Positions 1-12,167 are shown, numbered from the whole stretch's first letter. The stretch is DNA of 63,659 bases, filler included, from Octopus bimaculoides (GCF_001194135.2; 5 parts of 5 records of this genome joined end to end with filler, not necessarily neighbours in it), one strand, 5' to 3'. Numbers and translations are program-made. Notes: generated by a model from the letters alone, not told the origin.

Positions 1-515
1 TGTTTCTCAACCTTTTTACTCTTACATAACCTTTAAAATAAATTACATGTCTCAAGAAACCCCTGTACACATCATAGTTCACATGGTGAATACCATATAA
101 ATATATGTCGCCATGATAGATCGCTGACCACTACATTCAAATTTTTTTCTCCTTCTTTTTCTCATTTCTTTCTGTTGAAGAGCGTAGCTCGAAACATTAA
201 ACACTTTCTCTATTCCCAAGCGTTAAACTAATACATCCTTTTGTTGTTTACACCACCTGTCCTCGTCTGTTGTTTTTTTCGTAAATTCTCCCATATATAT
301 ATATATATAAATGGTTGTTATATTTTTTTGATAACATAATAGGTTAGACAGGCTAATGCCAATATTACAATATTACAATAACCAATATGTTGTGCATGTA
401 TGGTAACGATATGGTCATGAACTTAGCATTAGCTTATCTCACTCTTTCCCACAGAACCCCTAGGAACCTTTTGCAGAATCCTAGGGTTCCAGGGATCCCC
501 AGTTGAGAATCGCTG
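1..515. mobile_element. hAT (Charlie-like) non-autonomous element, left end cut by the window edge
   Basis: Starts TGTTTCTCAAC, ends GTTGAGAATCGCTG (inverted CAG..TTCTCAAC termini), followed by CTCTAAAG, similar to the hAT/Charlie target preference. Confidence 0.6.
100..310. mobile_element. Dispersed repeat nested in the hAT element, possibly Penelope-derived
   Basis: The block TTGTTTACACCACCTGTCCTCGTCTGTTG recurs at about 14336-14413; GAAGAGCGTAGCTCGAAAC resembles Penelope-type termini (from memory). Confidence 0.35.
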
Positions 516-1312
516 CTCTAAAGAATAGTTGGGTATGAAGATAGCTAGAGAATTTTTTTTTTCAAAGTCACCTAAAACCCCCGTGTCATGTCACAGATTT
601 CACCATCATTAGTTTATTCTTCCTGACTGAAATGTATGACCTTGTGTTAATGTTAAAAATCAATATTATAATTTACCCGAGAAAGGTTTGCTGTTTCGTC
701 CGCAAGTCAGCCAAGATCCAATTGAGAGAGAGAGAGAGAGTGATAGATTTATGATCAAAAGCTCTTCTGCTATAACCATCTGACTCTTTTTCTTTCTAGA
801 CATAACATTACTGAAGCAAAAATTCTACTTCTCTTCTTTTTTTTTTTTAATGATTGCAAAGAGATCAATTCCTGATTTAGTGAAATAAGTTCATTTTCAA
901 ATAAAGCAACAACTAGATCAATGAATATAAAATACCTAGATAAAATGTATTCAAAAACAATACCAGCTGTTTTTCAAATGAATCTCTTTCTATCTCTTTG
1001 TCTTTCTCATACTCTCTTTCTCTTTATCTCTCTCTCTCTCTCTCTCTTTATTTATCTATCTTTCTCATATGACCTCTCTCTTGTTCTCTCTCTTTATATA
1101 TCTTTCTCATACAACCTCTCTCTCTCTCTCTCTCTTAAAATCTGGTGCAAATTACATTTTTTTCCTTTCTACACATAGCATGCTCTGAACAACATCATTG
1201 AACTACATTTATTCTGTTCTCTGAACTACATTTATTACATCCTTGTCGCTTTGTTAGTGACCAGCTTGAACTCTCTCAAGAAGAACTTAAATTAAACTCA
1301 AAGAAAAATAAT

Positions 1313-1361
1313 ACATACATACATACATACATACATACATACATACATACATACATACATA
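1313..1361. repeat. (ACAT)n microsatellite at the 5' junction of an RLE LINE
   Basis: Direct reading. Confidence 0.95.
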
Positions 1362-2200
1362 CGCCAAAGAAATAAGAACCTACAATATGGTAGATGCCAT
1401 AGCCACCCATAATAAAAAGGAGTACTGGTGGAATGTCCCAGTGAAGACCTCAATAAAATGTAAACATGATAGATCTGACAGAGTAATTTGGGACAGAGAA
1501 AAAGAAACTGTGTACAGTTGTGGAAATCAGATGCCTGGCAGATGTTAACATAAAGCTGAAGATCAGTGAAAAATAAAATACCTATGCTGAACTATTGAGG
1601 AATCTACAGCTACTCTATCCAGATTACAAGTTCAGGTTTATACCTGTAATTATTGGGGTACTGGGATGTGTAACACACTGCCTAAATACCATCTTGAGAA
1701 ATTAGGCTTCTCAAAACCAGAAAGGAGAAAGCTGATTTGAAGACTACAGATCCAAGTTATTCTATTCAGATTACAAGTTACGGTTTATACCTGTAATTAT
1801 TGGGGCCTTGGAATATGTAACACACTGCCTAAATACCAATCTTGAAAAACTTGGTTTCTCAGAACCAGAAAGGAGAAAGATAATTCGAAGACTACAGATC
1901 CAAGACTACAGATCACTGGAACTATAAAAATCTGTAAAACTTTCCAGAAGTTCATCATTTAAATATATATGAGCAAGTCTAGATATGCAACTATATGAAT
2001 GAGAATACAAACATAAAGCAAAATATGCAAATCTGCACATATACATACATACAAACAAGAATAGCCTGCTGTTGATGTTGAATTTCCAATGAAGGAGCCT
2101 TGGATCTAAATTAGAAACCAACTCTTTTTCTATTGGCAAGAAACCTTGAAATAAAACTGAACAATGACATACAAACATAAATCCATACATATGCAAACTC
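1362..2200 (+). mobile_element. 5'-truncated R4/Dong(NeSL)-type non-LTR retrotransposon: RLE endonuclease C-terminus plus 3' UTR, decayed
   Basis: Translates with frameshifts and stops as EYWWNVPVKTSIKCKHDRSDRVIWDREK..LCTVVEIRCLADVNIKLKISEK*NTYAELLRNLQLLYPDYKFRFIPVIIG (PD-D/ExK-like RLE motif); internal ~150-bp tandem duplication at 1620-1915; ends in CATA-like repeats. Confidence 0.8.
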
Positions 2201-2298
2201 AACAGCCTGTTCATGAAATCAACGTGAACATTCTCTGTCACACTGAATCTCTCTGAGAACTACATTGAGGGTACATGTGTCTGTGGAATGCTCAGTAA

Positions 2299-2319
2299 CT
2301 TCATCATCATCATCTTCAC

Positions 2320-2357
<38 letters not shown>

Positions 2358-2670
2358 GTATCACCATCATTATCATCATCATTTAACATCTGTTATCCAT
2401 GTTGGCATGGGTTACACGGTTTGAATGGAGCTAATGAGCTGGAGAGCAGCATCAAGTTCCAGTCAGATTTGGCATGGTTTCTACAGCTGGATGCCCTTCC
2501 TAATGCTAACCACTCCAGGAGTATGGTTGGCATTAGGAAGGGAATCAGGCAGTAGAAACCATTCCAACCTTGGTGCAGATCTCCAGCTCATCGGCTCCAG
2601 TCAAACCATCTAACCCATGCCATCATGGAGAGCAGACGTTAAACGATGATGATGATGATGATGATGATGA
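2299..2670. mobile_element. Two family-E retroposon 3' ends joined head-to-head, forming a long palindrome
   Basis: GGATGCCCTTCCTAATGCTAACC followed by GGTTGGCATTAGGAAGGGAATC; (TCA)n on the left, (TGA)n on the right. Confidence 0.8.
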
Positions 2671-2724
2671 AGTGGCTAAGCGCTCCACAGATGTATGTGC
2701 CCTTGATGTAGTGTGACAGAGAAT

Positions 2725-2898
2725 GTAACAAAAGGGCCCTTTGAAATACAGGTACTGCTCATCTTTGCCAGTTGAGTAGACTGGAGCAGGGGGAAATAAA
2801 GAGTCTTGCTCAAGGACACAATGTGCCACTTGGGTATTGAACTCATGACATTATGATTGTGATCTGATCACTTTAATCACTGAGCTACAAGCCTTCAC
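2725..2898 (-). mobile_element. tRNA-headed SINE family D, decayed
   Basis: GTCTTGCTCAAGGACAC and TTGAACTC B-box-like motif shared with 28793 and 35412. Confidence 0.6.
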
Positions 2899-2899
2899 A

Positions 2900-3380
2900 C
2901 ATGCACATATGCACATGCATATATCATGCATAGACACACATACACACACACACACGACACATACACATACATGCACTCACACATACACATACATGCACTC
3001 ACACACATACACACATGCACTCACACACATGTATACATACATGTGCATCAAGACACAGATGCACTCAAACACACACACACATGAACAGGCAAACACATAC
3101 TCACACAAACACGCATGTACACACATGCATGCATTTGTACACCCATAAACACATGCATATGTACACATATGCACATATGCAGACACACAGGTACACACAC
3201 ACACACACAAATATCCATGTTCATTTGTACACACATACACATATCTATATGCACACACAATCACATATACACACAGAAATACATAGATACATACACAAAC
3301 ATACACACACACACAATACAAAAAACAAACAGTAACAAAACCACCACCACCACGAACAACAACAACAACAACACTTGAGA
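2900..3380. repeat. CA-rich degenerate dinucleotide tract
   Basis: Direct reading; source of the HT/CV ORFs. Confidence 0.9.
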
Positions 3381-3930
3381 CTACAATAATGGCAAACATT
3401 AAAGTGGAATATTAAAGGACTTCTTCAAATGTTCATTGATATTATTTTAATGAGTTTTGGGTGGGAAAATGTCCCTTGGTGGATAATGGTGCTCTTTTTC
3501 TTTATGTGTGTTTGTTTTTGTGTGGGTGGAGTATTTATTTATTTGTTTGTAATTAATGCTTTTTTTTTTCCTTTTTTTTTTTCTTTACATAATCTGGATT
3601 AAAAATCATTTCCCATCAACCACTACCACCTCCGCAATCATCCTCAATATCCATATATTTGTTGTTCTCCTCCTACTCCTACTCCTATTATTGGTCCTGC
3701 TCCTCCTCCTACTCCTACTATTCATCCTCCTCCTCTTCCTCCACTATCCTCCCCAACACTCCCATCCACTACCCTCCTCCATCTCCTTCTCTACCCCACC
3801 TCTTCCTCCTCCTTCCCCACCCTTCCTCTTACTGTTCTTCTCCTTGACCGCTTACTTGTTATCCTACTCCTTCTCCTACTCCTCACAGTTCACCTTTCTC
3901 CTTATTCATATTGTTATTACCATTATCTGT

Positions 3931-4297
3931 GGAGGCGCAATGGCCCAGTGGTCAGGGCAGCGGACTCGCGGTCATAGGATTGCGGTTTCGATTCCCAGAC
4001 CGGGCGTTGTGAGTGTTTATTGAGCGAAAACACCTAAAGCTCCATGAGGCTCCGGCAGGGGCTGGTTGGCGAACCCTGCTGTACTCTTCCACCACAACTT
4101 TCTCTCACTCTTACTTCCTGTTTCTGTTGTGCCTGTAATTCGAAGGGTCAGCCTTGTCACACTGTGTCACGCTGAATCTCCCCGAGAACTACGTTAAGGG
4201 TACACGTGTCTGTGGAGTGCTCAGCCACTTGCACGTTAATTTCACAAGCAGGCTGTTCCGTTGATCGGATCAACTGGAACCCTCGACGTCGTGCCAA
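3931..4297 (+). mobile_element. tRNA-headed SINE family C, near full length
   Basis: A-box TGGCCCAGTGG and B-box-like GGTTTCGATTCCC; same head at 49172; body fragments near 2200, 18730 and 25960. Confidence 0.8.
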
Positions 4298-5273
4298 CAA
4301 CAATTATCATTATCACCATTGTCATCATCATTATCGTCATCATCACCATTCTTGCTGTTGCTGTTATCGTCGTCGACATCATCATCATTACTATTTTCGT
4401 CATTATTTCCCCAATGCTAATATTTGTTATAGTCTATCGTTATACTCTCATTATTTTCCCTCTTGTTATCATCCTCATCATCATCATCATTGTCATCATA
4501 ATGATTACTGTCATCAGCACCACCACAACCACCACTTCCATCCCCATCACCTCTACCATACCAGCTTCCAGCCCCATATCCATCACCCCGTAATCAGCAC
4601 TACTTCTCAGTGACTTCATTGCATTCATTTCTTTCTTTTTTTCTTTCTTTCTTTCTTTTGTTCTTTCTTACTTTCTTTTTCTTTCTTTCCCCCTCCACTT
4701 CTCACTTTCTCACCACCCCCATACATACACACACACACCTCTTTCCTGTTTCTCTCTGTTATCAACAGATTGGGCTGTTGTATAATGTTGCAACCCCTTC
4801 CCCCACCACTGCAACAACCACCATGACCACCACGACCACGACCACGACCACCACCACGACCACCACCACCACACAACTATCCCTGAAGCAACTTTTGTGC
4901 AATTTCCTTTATTAATTCTTGTAACTCACCTTCCTCACCCATCCAGTTCACAACTTCATACTTCTATGCTATCAGCATTCGATGAGGTTCAAGTCCACTT
5001 TTGAATGAAAGGCTAGATCCATAACTGTTTGCTAATAGGTGTGAGACAAGACTTGCTTGTGTGGTAAAGGCATTCACTGTACAACGACAGGCTTCTGTGT
5101 TTGATACCCCTGCATAGCATCATGACAAATTTCTCTTCTGTTATACCAGAGGTTTGGTTTGGCCAGTGTCTTGTGACAGAAATTTGGGAGATAGAAAACT
5201 GAGTGGAAGTTCATACATACATACATACATACATACATACATAACAAGAGAGTGAGGATGATAATATATATAT

Positions 5274-5682
5274 ACTCTTTTACTTTTTTACTTGTTTCAG
5301 TCATTTGACTGTGGTCATGCTGGAACACCACCTTTAGTCAAGCAAATCGACCCCAGCGCTTATTCTTTGTAAGCCTAGTACTTATTCTATCAGTCTCTTT
5401 TTGCCGATCCGCTAAGTTACGGGTACGTAAACACACCACCATTGATTGTCAAACGATTTGGGGGGAAAAAACACAGACACACAAACATATACACACACAT
5501 ACACATATATATATACATATATACGACAGGCTTCTTTCAGTTTCCATCTACCAAATCCACTCACAAGGCTTTGGTCGGCCCGAGGCCATAGTAGAAGACA
5601 CTTGCTCAAGGTGCCACGCAGTGGAAATGAACACGGAACCATGTGGTTGGTAAGCAAGCCACTTACCACACAGCCACTCCTG
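5274..5682 (-). mobile_element. SINE family A (tRNA head, CORE-like block, internal microsatellite, GAGTAAAA tail)
   Basis: Aligns by eye end to end with more than 15 other copies in the window. Confidence 0.9.
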
Positions 5683-5749
5683 ATTTTCTTTAATTCTTTA
5701 AAATGTTTCAGCTTCAAAGCTGCGGTCATGCTGGAGCACCACCACTGAC

Positions 5750-6093
5750 TGAGCTACACCATTATTTGAAACCTCCTCTGATATGCGGCATTTGGTCAAT
5801 GAGGAAGTTTGATGCTGCTGCCCTCATCTGTGTTTCCTGCCATGAGGTAGGCTCATCTGGAACCCCCTTAACAGGAAGAGATCCAGTTTTGTCTTAAAGA
5901 CACTTATATCCACACCATGCACGTCTCTCAGGCATTTTGGAAGGATATTGAAGAGCTGTAGGCCCTTGAAGACCAAGCTGTTGCAGTATCTGGTCCTGTT
6001 TTTTTTATGGTGATGCTGCGATCTTTGGCACTATGCAGTGACATCCCATTCTGCAGTTGAGTAACTTTCAATGCCAAAGTTTGGTACATGGTC
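5750..6093 (-). mobile_element. CR1/L2-group LINE 3' fragment, decayed
   Basis: Translates VPNFGIESY..RYCNSLVFKGLQLFNILPKCLRDVHGVDISVFKTKLDLFL; homologous to 38340-38760. Confidence 0.75.
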
Positions 6094-6179
6094 GTGTGTG
6101 TGTGTGTGTGTGTATACATTGAAGAAGAACCCTCCACCACATCAAAAATTGATACTGGTGCTGATGCCACATAAAAATC

Positions 6180-6640
6180 ATCCTGTACATTCTGTGGGGC
6201 AGTTACCATTACGAAGGGCATCCATTGTAGAAAACCATGCCAGAACAGACAATGGAGCCTGGTGCAACCCCGAGACTTACCAGCTAGAGTCAAACCACCC
6301 AAGCCATGTCAGCATGGAAAATGGACATTGAATGATGATGATGACGATGATGTAAATACACACACATCATCATCATCATTGTCATTTAACATCCATTATC
6401 AATGCTAGCATGGGTTGGACAGTATAACCACAGCTATCATGTAATGTCAAGACCAGAAGACACAAACACATATACACATACATGCACATATATGTACATA
6501 TGCATGCATATATGGATGTATGGATGTATGTATGTATTCCAGTTTGATTTGACATGGATTCTATGGCTCGATGCCCTTCCTAACACCAACCACTTTACAG
6601 AGTGTGCTGGGTGCTTTTTATGTGGCACCACATGAGCGTT
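6180..6640. mobile_element. Two family-E copies tail-to-tail
   Basis: + copy ends in (GAT)n at about 6350; - copy starts (CAT)n TTTAACATCC at about 6365. Confidence 0.7.
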
Positions 6641-6734
6641 CTTACATGTAATGCATATGTATGTGAGTGTGTCTCATTTGTGTGTTTGTGCATGTATACA
6701 TACATACATACATGCATACATATATGCATACGTA

Positions 6735-7262
6735 TACTCTTTTACTTGTTTCAGTCATTTGACTGTGGCCATGCTGGAGCACCGCCTTTAGTCGAGCAAA
6801 TCAATCCCAGGACTTATTCTTTGTAAGCCTAGTACTTATTCTATCGGTCTCTTTTGCCGAACCGCTAAGTTACTGGGACGTAAACACNNNNNNNNNNNNN
6901 NNNNNNNNNNNNNNNNNNNNNNNNNNNNNNNNNNNNNNNNNNNNNNNNNNNNNNNNNNNNNNNNNNNNNNNNNNNNNNNNNNNNNNNNNNNNNNNNNNNN
7001 NNNNNNNNNNNNNNNNNNNNNNNNNNNNNNNNNNNNNNNNNNNNNNNNNNNNNNNNNNNNNNNNNNNNNNNNNATATATATATATACATACATATATATG
7101 ATGGGCTTCTTTCAGTTTCCGTCTACCAAATCCACTCACAAGGCTTTGGTCGGCCCGAGGCTATAGTAGAAGACACTTGCCCAAGTTGCCACGCAGTGGG
7201 AATGAACCCGGGACCATGTAGTTGGTAAGCAAGCTACTTACCACACAGCCACTCCTTCGCCT
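6735..7262 (-). mobile_element. SINE family A spanning an N gap
   Basis: Tail half before the gap, head half after it; the gap falls in the internal microsatellite. Confidence 0.85.
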
Positions 7263-7755
7263 ATACGTATGTACATATATGTGCATGTATGTGTATATGT
7301 GTTTGTGTCTGCTGGCATTGACATCACATGATAGGTGTAAATGAGTCATTGTCATCAACCAGTGTTGTTCCTCGCGAGTCTTCCTTGAAAACATATCTAT
7401 TCATGGAGGGTGGGGGGAATATCATAATTGAAAACAAATGAGGGTTGCTGATAAGAAGGGCATTTGACCGTACAAAATCTGTCTCAGCATGTTCCATCTA
7501 ACCCTTGCAATTATGGAGAAGTGGATGCTAAAATGGTGATGGTATAATCTTAATAAAGAAGAACAACAACATAATGCTGTACAAAATATCAAAATATCTA
7601 TTCACATAAACAATTTATTGACCTAGCACCATCTTCAATATACTGGTCTCTTGAGGTGGATATTTTTGTTTTCTCTCAAAGCGAATGTAGTTCAACTTAG
7701 TCTTTGTTATTCTTAAACCAGCTTCAGAGCCTTGAACATGAGCTAAGGCTATCAG

Positions 7756-7784
7756 ATGAAAGGAAAACATCGTTATGTTAACAG
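7756..7784 (+). CDS. Candidate start-bearing exon (MKGKHRYVN.), product unknown
   Basis: Acceptor at 7720-7721, in-frame upstream TAA, donor CAG/GTATAT at 7785; no homology recognised. Confidence 0.15.
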
Positions 7785-8107
7785 GTATATTGACTGATAA
7801 TAATGGCATGATCTATATTGCAAGGTATTCGAAAAAAAGAAAAGTTTGAATCAATACATATTTAACCTAACCATAACTTGTACCTGGCGAATAAGATCAA
7901 AATCTTTTGAAGTTTTGCACGTGCACACATGCACACACACACTCCTGCACTGGCATTAAAAAAAACTCTCTCTTTTCTCTTTGTCTTCATGGATGCATAA
8001 AAATAATAATTATTATTGTTGTTGTTGTTATTATCATCATCATCATCATCATCATTATTATTATTGTTATTATTGTTATTATCATCATCATCATCATCAT
8101 CGTTGTC

Positions 8108-8510
8108 GTTTAACGTCCGCTTTTCATGCTAGCATGGGTTGGACAATTTGACTGAGGACTGGTGAAACCGGATGGCTACACCAGGCTCCAATCTGATTTG
8201 GCAGAGTTTCTACAGCTGGATGCCCTTCCTAACGCCAACCACTCAGAGAGTGTAGTGGGTGCTTTTACGTGTCACCCGCACGAAGGCCAGTCAGGCGGTA
8301 CTGGCAATGGCCACGCTCAAAATGGTGTATTTTATGTGCCACCCGCACAAGAGCCAGTCCAGGGGCACTGGCAACGATCTCACTCGAAAGTCCTTACACA
8401 AGTGCCAGAAAGGCGACGCTGGGCACAGGTGCCATCACGATTTCGCTTTCGCTTGCCCCAACAAATCTTCGCAAGCTGAGTTTCGTGTCCAATGAAGGAG
8501 ACGACATTAT
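8108..8510 (-). mobile_element. Family-E retroposon with (GAT)n tail and internal subrepeats
   Basis: TTTAACGTCCGCTTTTCATGCTAGCATGG..GGATGCCCTTCCTAACGCCAACC; nearly collinear with 15232-15610. Confidence 0.85.
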
Positions 8511-8661
8511 CATTATTATTATTATTATTGTTTTTAAAGACAGGGAAGAGAATACTTGTAAACAAATTGTACTCTTGGAGTTTCTAGTACATCTATGCAG
8601 GACTGATGCTTTACATGTGACCCAAACTGAATTAAAGATGTGCAGAAGGATAGTATTAACA

Positions 8662-8891
8662 GCCGGTGAGCTGGCAGAAACGTTAGCACGCTGGGCGAAA
8701 TGCTTAGCGGTATTTTGTCTGCCATTACGTTCTGAGTTCAAATTCCACCGAGGTTGATTTACCTTTCATCCTTTCAGGGTCAATAAATTAAGTACCAATT
8801 ATGCACTGGGATCAATGTAATCGACTTATTCCCTTTGTTTGTCCTTGTTTGTCCCCTCTATGTTTAGCCCTTTGTGAGCAATAAAGAAATA
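8662..8891 (+). mobile_element. SINE family B (tRNA head plus Meta/MESC-like domain) with an 18-bp TSD
   Basis: TSD AGAAGGATAGTATTAACA at 8644-8661 and 8892-8909; CCTTTCATCCTTTC.GGGTC.ATAAATTAAGTACC core. Confidence 0.9.
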
Positions 8892-9162
8892 AGAAGGATA
8901 GTATTAACATCTCTAGAATTGTAAAATTCTAACCAATTTAGTTGGGTACTGTAACTTAATACAATAAAGATTTCTAATCCAGACAAAAAGAGCAATTTGG
9001 TAGGGTTTGTGGCTTATATTTTTGCCATAAGAAACACATTGACAATGATTATAGAGTGATCAGAGTTCCCCAGAAGTTTATCCAAAGTGAAGCTAATAAG
9101 TTTTTTTAATCTCCCGTTTCTCATCACTTTCAATATTTCTTCTTTGTCTTTTTTAATTTAAG

Positions 9163-9380
9163 GCTGTGAGCTGGCAGAGTTGTTAGCACACTGGACAAAA
9201 TGCTTAGTGGCATTTCGTCAATCCTTGCCTACTGAGTTCAAATTCCACTGAAGTCGACTTTGCTTCTCATTCTTTCATGGTTGATGAAATAAGTACCAGC
9301 TGAACACTAGGTCAACATAATTGATTTGACCCTCCCTCAAAATTGCTGGCCTTGTGCCAAAATATGAAACTAATATTTCT
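9163..9380 (+). mobile_element. SINE family B, CpG-decayed
   Basis: Same head and core with CG>TG/CA changes. Confidence 0.8.
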
Positions 9381-10345
9381 TTTTAATTATTTATCATATT
9401 TGATCTAATTAGACAAAAATGTGAATTACTCGTAAAATCTCAAGCACAACATTGTGTCTTTTTCTTTGAATCAGATATTTTTCTGTTTTTGTATTGAATT
9501 AGTTTTAAGCTGTGAGTTACATGCTGCTTGGGCCAAGAAGTTAATGTTTATCTATAGTTAATCAATATTTTCTCTGCTCTGCCATATTTCTGAAGATTTT
9601 AACTTGCACAAAAAACAAATGTTAATAAGTACTTCATTTGTCGGGAGTAAAAACCTGGTAAATAATAATATTAAAAAAAAAATGAAAAATAAAAGCTCGG
9701 AAAAATAAAGCAACAAATCTTTTTTAAAAAACTGAATTCCATTTGTAAATTCTTGCAAAAACACAATATATATTGACATATTTGAAAGCTATTTTAGAAT
9801 AATAATGAAAGGTTAACGAGAAAAATGGAACATATCTGGTATTTAGCATTTAAATACAAAAAAGTATTATAGATGTCTGACAATTCTTCTTAAAGAGCTT
9901 CTTATATATATTTGTGTATATATATATATATATACATGCATGGGTGTATATGATTGTGTATAGAAGAATATATTACTCAAAGAAATTCCAGCTTTGTCTG
10001 ATTTTCACATTTTATTTTCAATCTTATAATAATATAATATAATGATATAATGAAATGATAGAATATTAAATGTCCATTCTGATTGAACTAGTACTTTCGT
10101 GCATTAAACTATGCAATCTTCAGGTTCATGTATTAATGGTGACAGTTATGCTTTACAATTTACAACTGTAGTGAGATGGCTAAAATGTGTGCCTTAAATA
10201 CATTTGTATAGACTCCAGTTTACGTGAATTCTCTAATGGGATACGTAGAACAACCAAGAAGTAGAGGAAAACTATAGCACTGAATTTAGAAAGTATATTG
10301 AAAAGGCAGGGAAGAGAGTCAGCCATGAATACAATAAACAAGTAT

Positions 10346-10484
10346 TCAGTTTCCATCTACTAAATCCACTCACCAGACTTTCAGTGGTCTGGGTCTATAG
10401 CAGAAGACACTTGCCCAAGGTGCTATGTGGTGGGGTTGAATCTGAAACCATATGGCTGCAAAGTAAACTTCTGAATCACACAGC
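10346..10484 (-). mobile_element. SINE family A head half
   Basis: Similarity to other copies. Confidence 0.75.
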
Positions 10485-10564
10485 TCAAAACTGCATCTCT
10501 AAATGAATTGGAGACACATTTGTACTTATATCTGTAAAGGGATGTAATTCTGCTAAGACTTAGT

Positions 10565-10760
10565 CATTCTTTTCTACTCTAGGGGGAGGGGACCAGTCGA
10601 TTAGATCAACCTCAGTACGCAACTGGTACTTAATTTATTGACCCTGAAAGGATGAAAGGCAAAGTCAACTTCAGCAGAATTTGAACTGCGAATGTAAAGA
10701 TGAAATAATGCTAAGCATTTCGCCCAGTGTGCTGACGCTTCTGCCAGCATACCGCCTTAA
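10565..10760 (-). mobile_element. SINE family B
   Basis: GGTACTTAATTTATTGACCCTGAAAGGATGAAAGGC core. Confidence 0.8.
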
Positions 10761-11517
10761 GATTTAGTCATTCAACAAAATAAATATCAGACTAAAATTG
10801 ATATAATTGACTGAAGACTTAAATGCAATGATCCTGTGTGACCAGAGTCTAATAACTAAAACCAGTAAATAGTGTACCAGACTGATTAGCAATCCAAGTT
10901 AATGATAATGAAGAAGTTTATTGGTTAGTTATGTTACTAAACGCCAATATATAAACTATACACAAGTTTCTTCAAGTAGAAAGAAACCATAAAAAGGTGC
11001 GTTTTACTATGACATTTTACAAATAAATTATCTCTGATTTATGTAATACTTTCTAATTGCATTCGCATTTATTGTATTTTTGACACCTTGTAATATGATT
11101 ATTAAGCTAACTTCATAGTTGTACAAAGATATGTAAACAAAGAGTGTGATTTATAGAGGCCAACACTCAGCTCTCACAAATTAACACTTTCAAAGTTCTT
11201 GAATTTCTCTATCCTGTACATGGCTCAACGCACATACGTGGTAATGAAAGAGTTTGCTTATACTAACATTTATAACTTTTAAGAGTTTTCTAGAGTTTTA
11301 TTGGAGTTATTAAGGAGAAGAGAAATGAGATATGTCGTAATAAATTCCTGTCGTACATAAGTTAGCAAAGTTAATAATGTATTTCATGAGATGTGAACAA
11401 ACACATACGAGCATATTGGCAAGTCGAGGATCTACATAAGCAGTATTTAAAAGCCAATTAGTTTTGATATGATAAAGTAAAGTGTTTGTGCTCTAAACTA
11501 AGCTCATATACCTTTAG

Positions 11518-11609
11518 TTATTCATCTCCTTCATTTGACAAAGCTTCTTCAGTGTTTCTTACAATTTCCACATCTTTTCGTCTGGGCACTGGAAATATTA
11601 CTAAGGGAA
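11518..11609 (+). CDS. Candidate internal exon (YSSPSFDKASSVFLTISTSFRLGTGNITKG)
   Basis: CCTTTAG acceptor, GAA/GTAACT donor, phase 2 to 1; the opposite strand is also open. Confidence 0.2.
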
Positions 11610-11761
11610 GTAACTGCAACATGGAGTCAACTCTGGAGTGTGAACTTAGTCTATCAAGGGCATATTTCTGCCCTACGCTGCCTGTCAGTCAAGTTCATGT
11701 AATCTATAATAGTAATATTTTAATGTGTGTCTCCGTTTTGATTCTTTTATTATTTTATTAT

Positions 11762-12165
11762 AGGCGCAGGAGTGGCTGTGTGGTAAGTAGGTTGCTTACC
11801 AACCACATGGCTCCAGGTTCAGTCACACTGCCTGGCACATTGGGCAAGTGTCTTCTACTATAGCCTTGGGCCGATCAAAGCCTTGTGAGTGGATTTGGTA
11901 GACGGAAACTGAAAGAAGCCTGTCGTATATATATGTATATGTGTGTGTGTGTGTTTGTGTGTCTGTGTTTGTCTGCCCCCCCCCCCCNNNNNNNNNNCGC
12001 TTGACAACTGATGCTGGTGTGTTTACGTCCCCGTAACTTAGCTGTTCGGCAAAAGATAGAATAAGTATTAGGCTTACAAAAGAATAGGTCTTGGGGTCGA
12101 TTTGCTCGACTAAAGGCGGTGCTCCAGCATGGCCGCAGTCAAATGACTGAAACAAGTAAAAGAGT
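11762..12165 (+). mobile_element. SINE family A, full length
   Basis: AGGCGCAGGAGTGGCTGTGTGGTAAG head to AAGTAAAAGAGT tail. Confidence 0.9.
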
Positions 12166-12167
12166 TA

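Noticed and set aside
2909-3399. His/Thr, Cys/Val, Tyr/Ile, poly-Leu and poly-Thr ORFs here and throughout the track
   Set aside because: They are translations of di-, tri- and tetranucleotide microsatellites, open in several frames and on both strands
3931-4010. tRNA gene-like sequence (also the heads of the other SINE families)
   Set aside because: Continues into a SINE body, has no complete cloverleaf and occurs in multiple copies
7615-7809. - strand ORF ending at TAA/AATAAA, like a terminal exon
   Set aside because: No recognisable homology, and it conflicts with an equally good + strand reading; not separately supportable
8162-8757. ORFs of 78-162 aa with normal-looking composition (also 15321-15697)
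   Set aside because: They lie in family E and SINE B repeats; the similar peptides at two loci reflect the repeat
9000-9110. LLGNSDHSII peptide on the - strand resembling a LINE APE endonuclease end
   Set aside because: Too short and isolated to annotate
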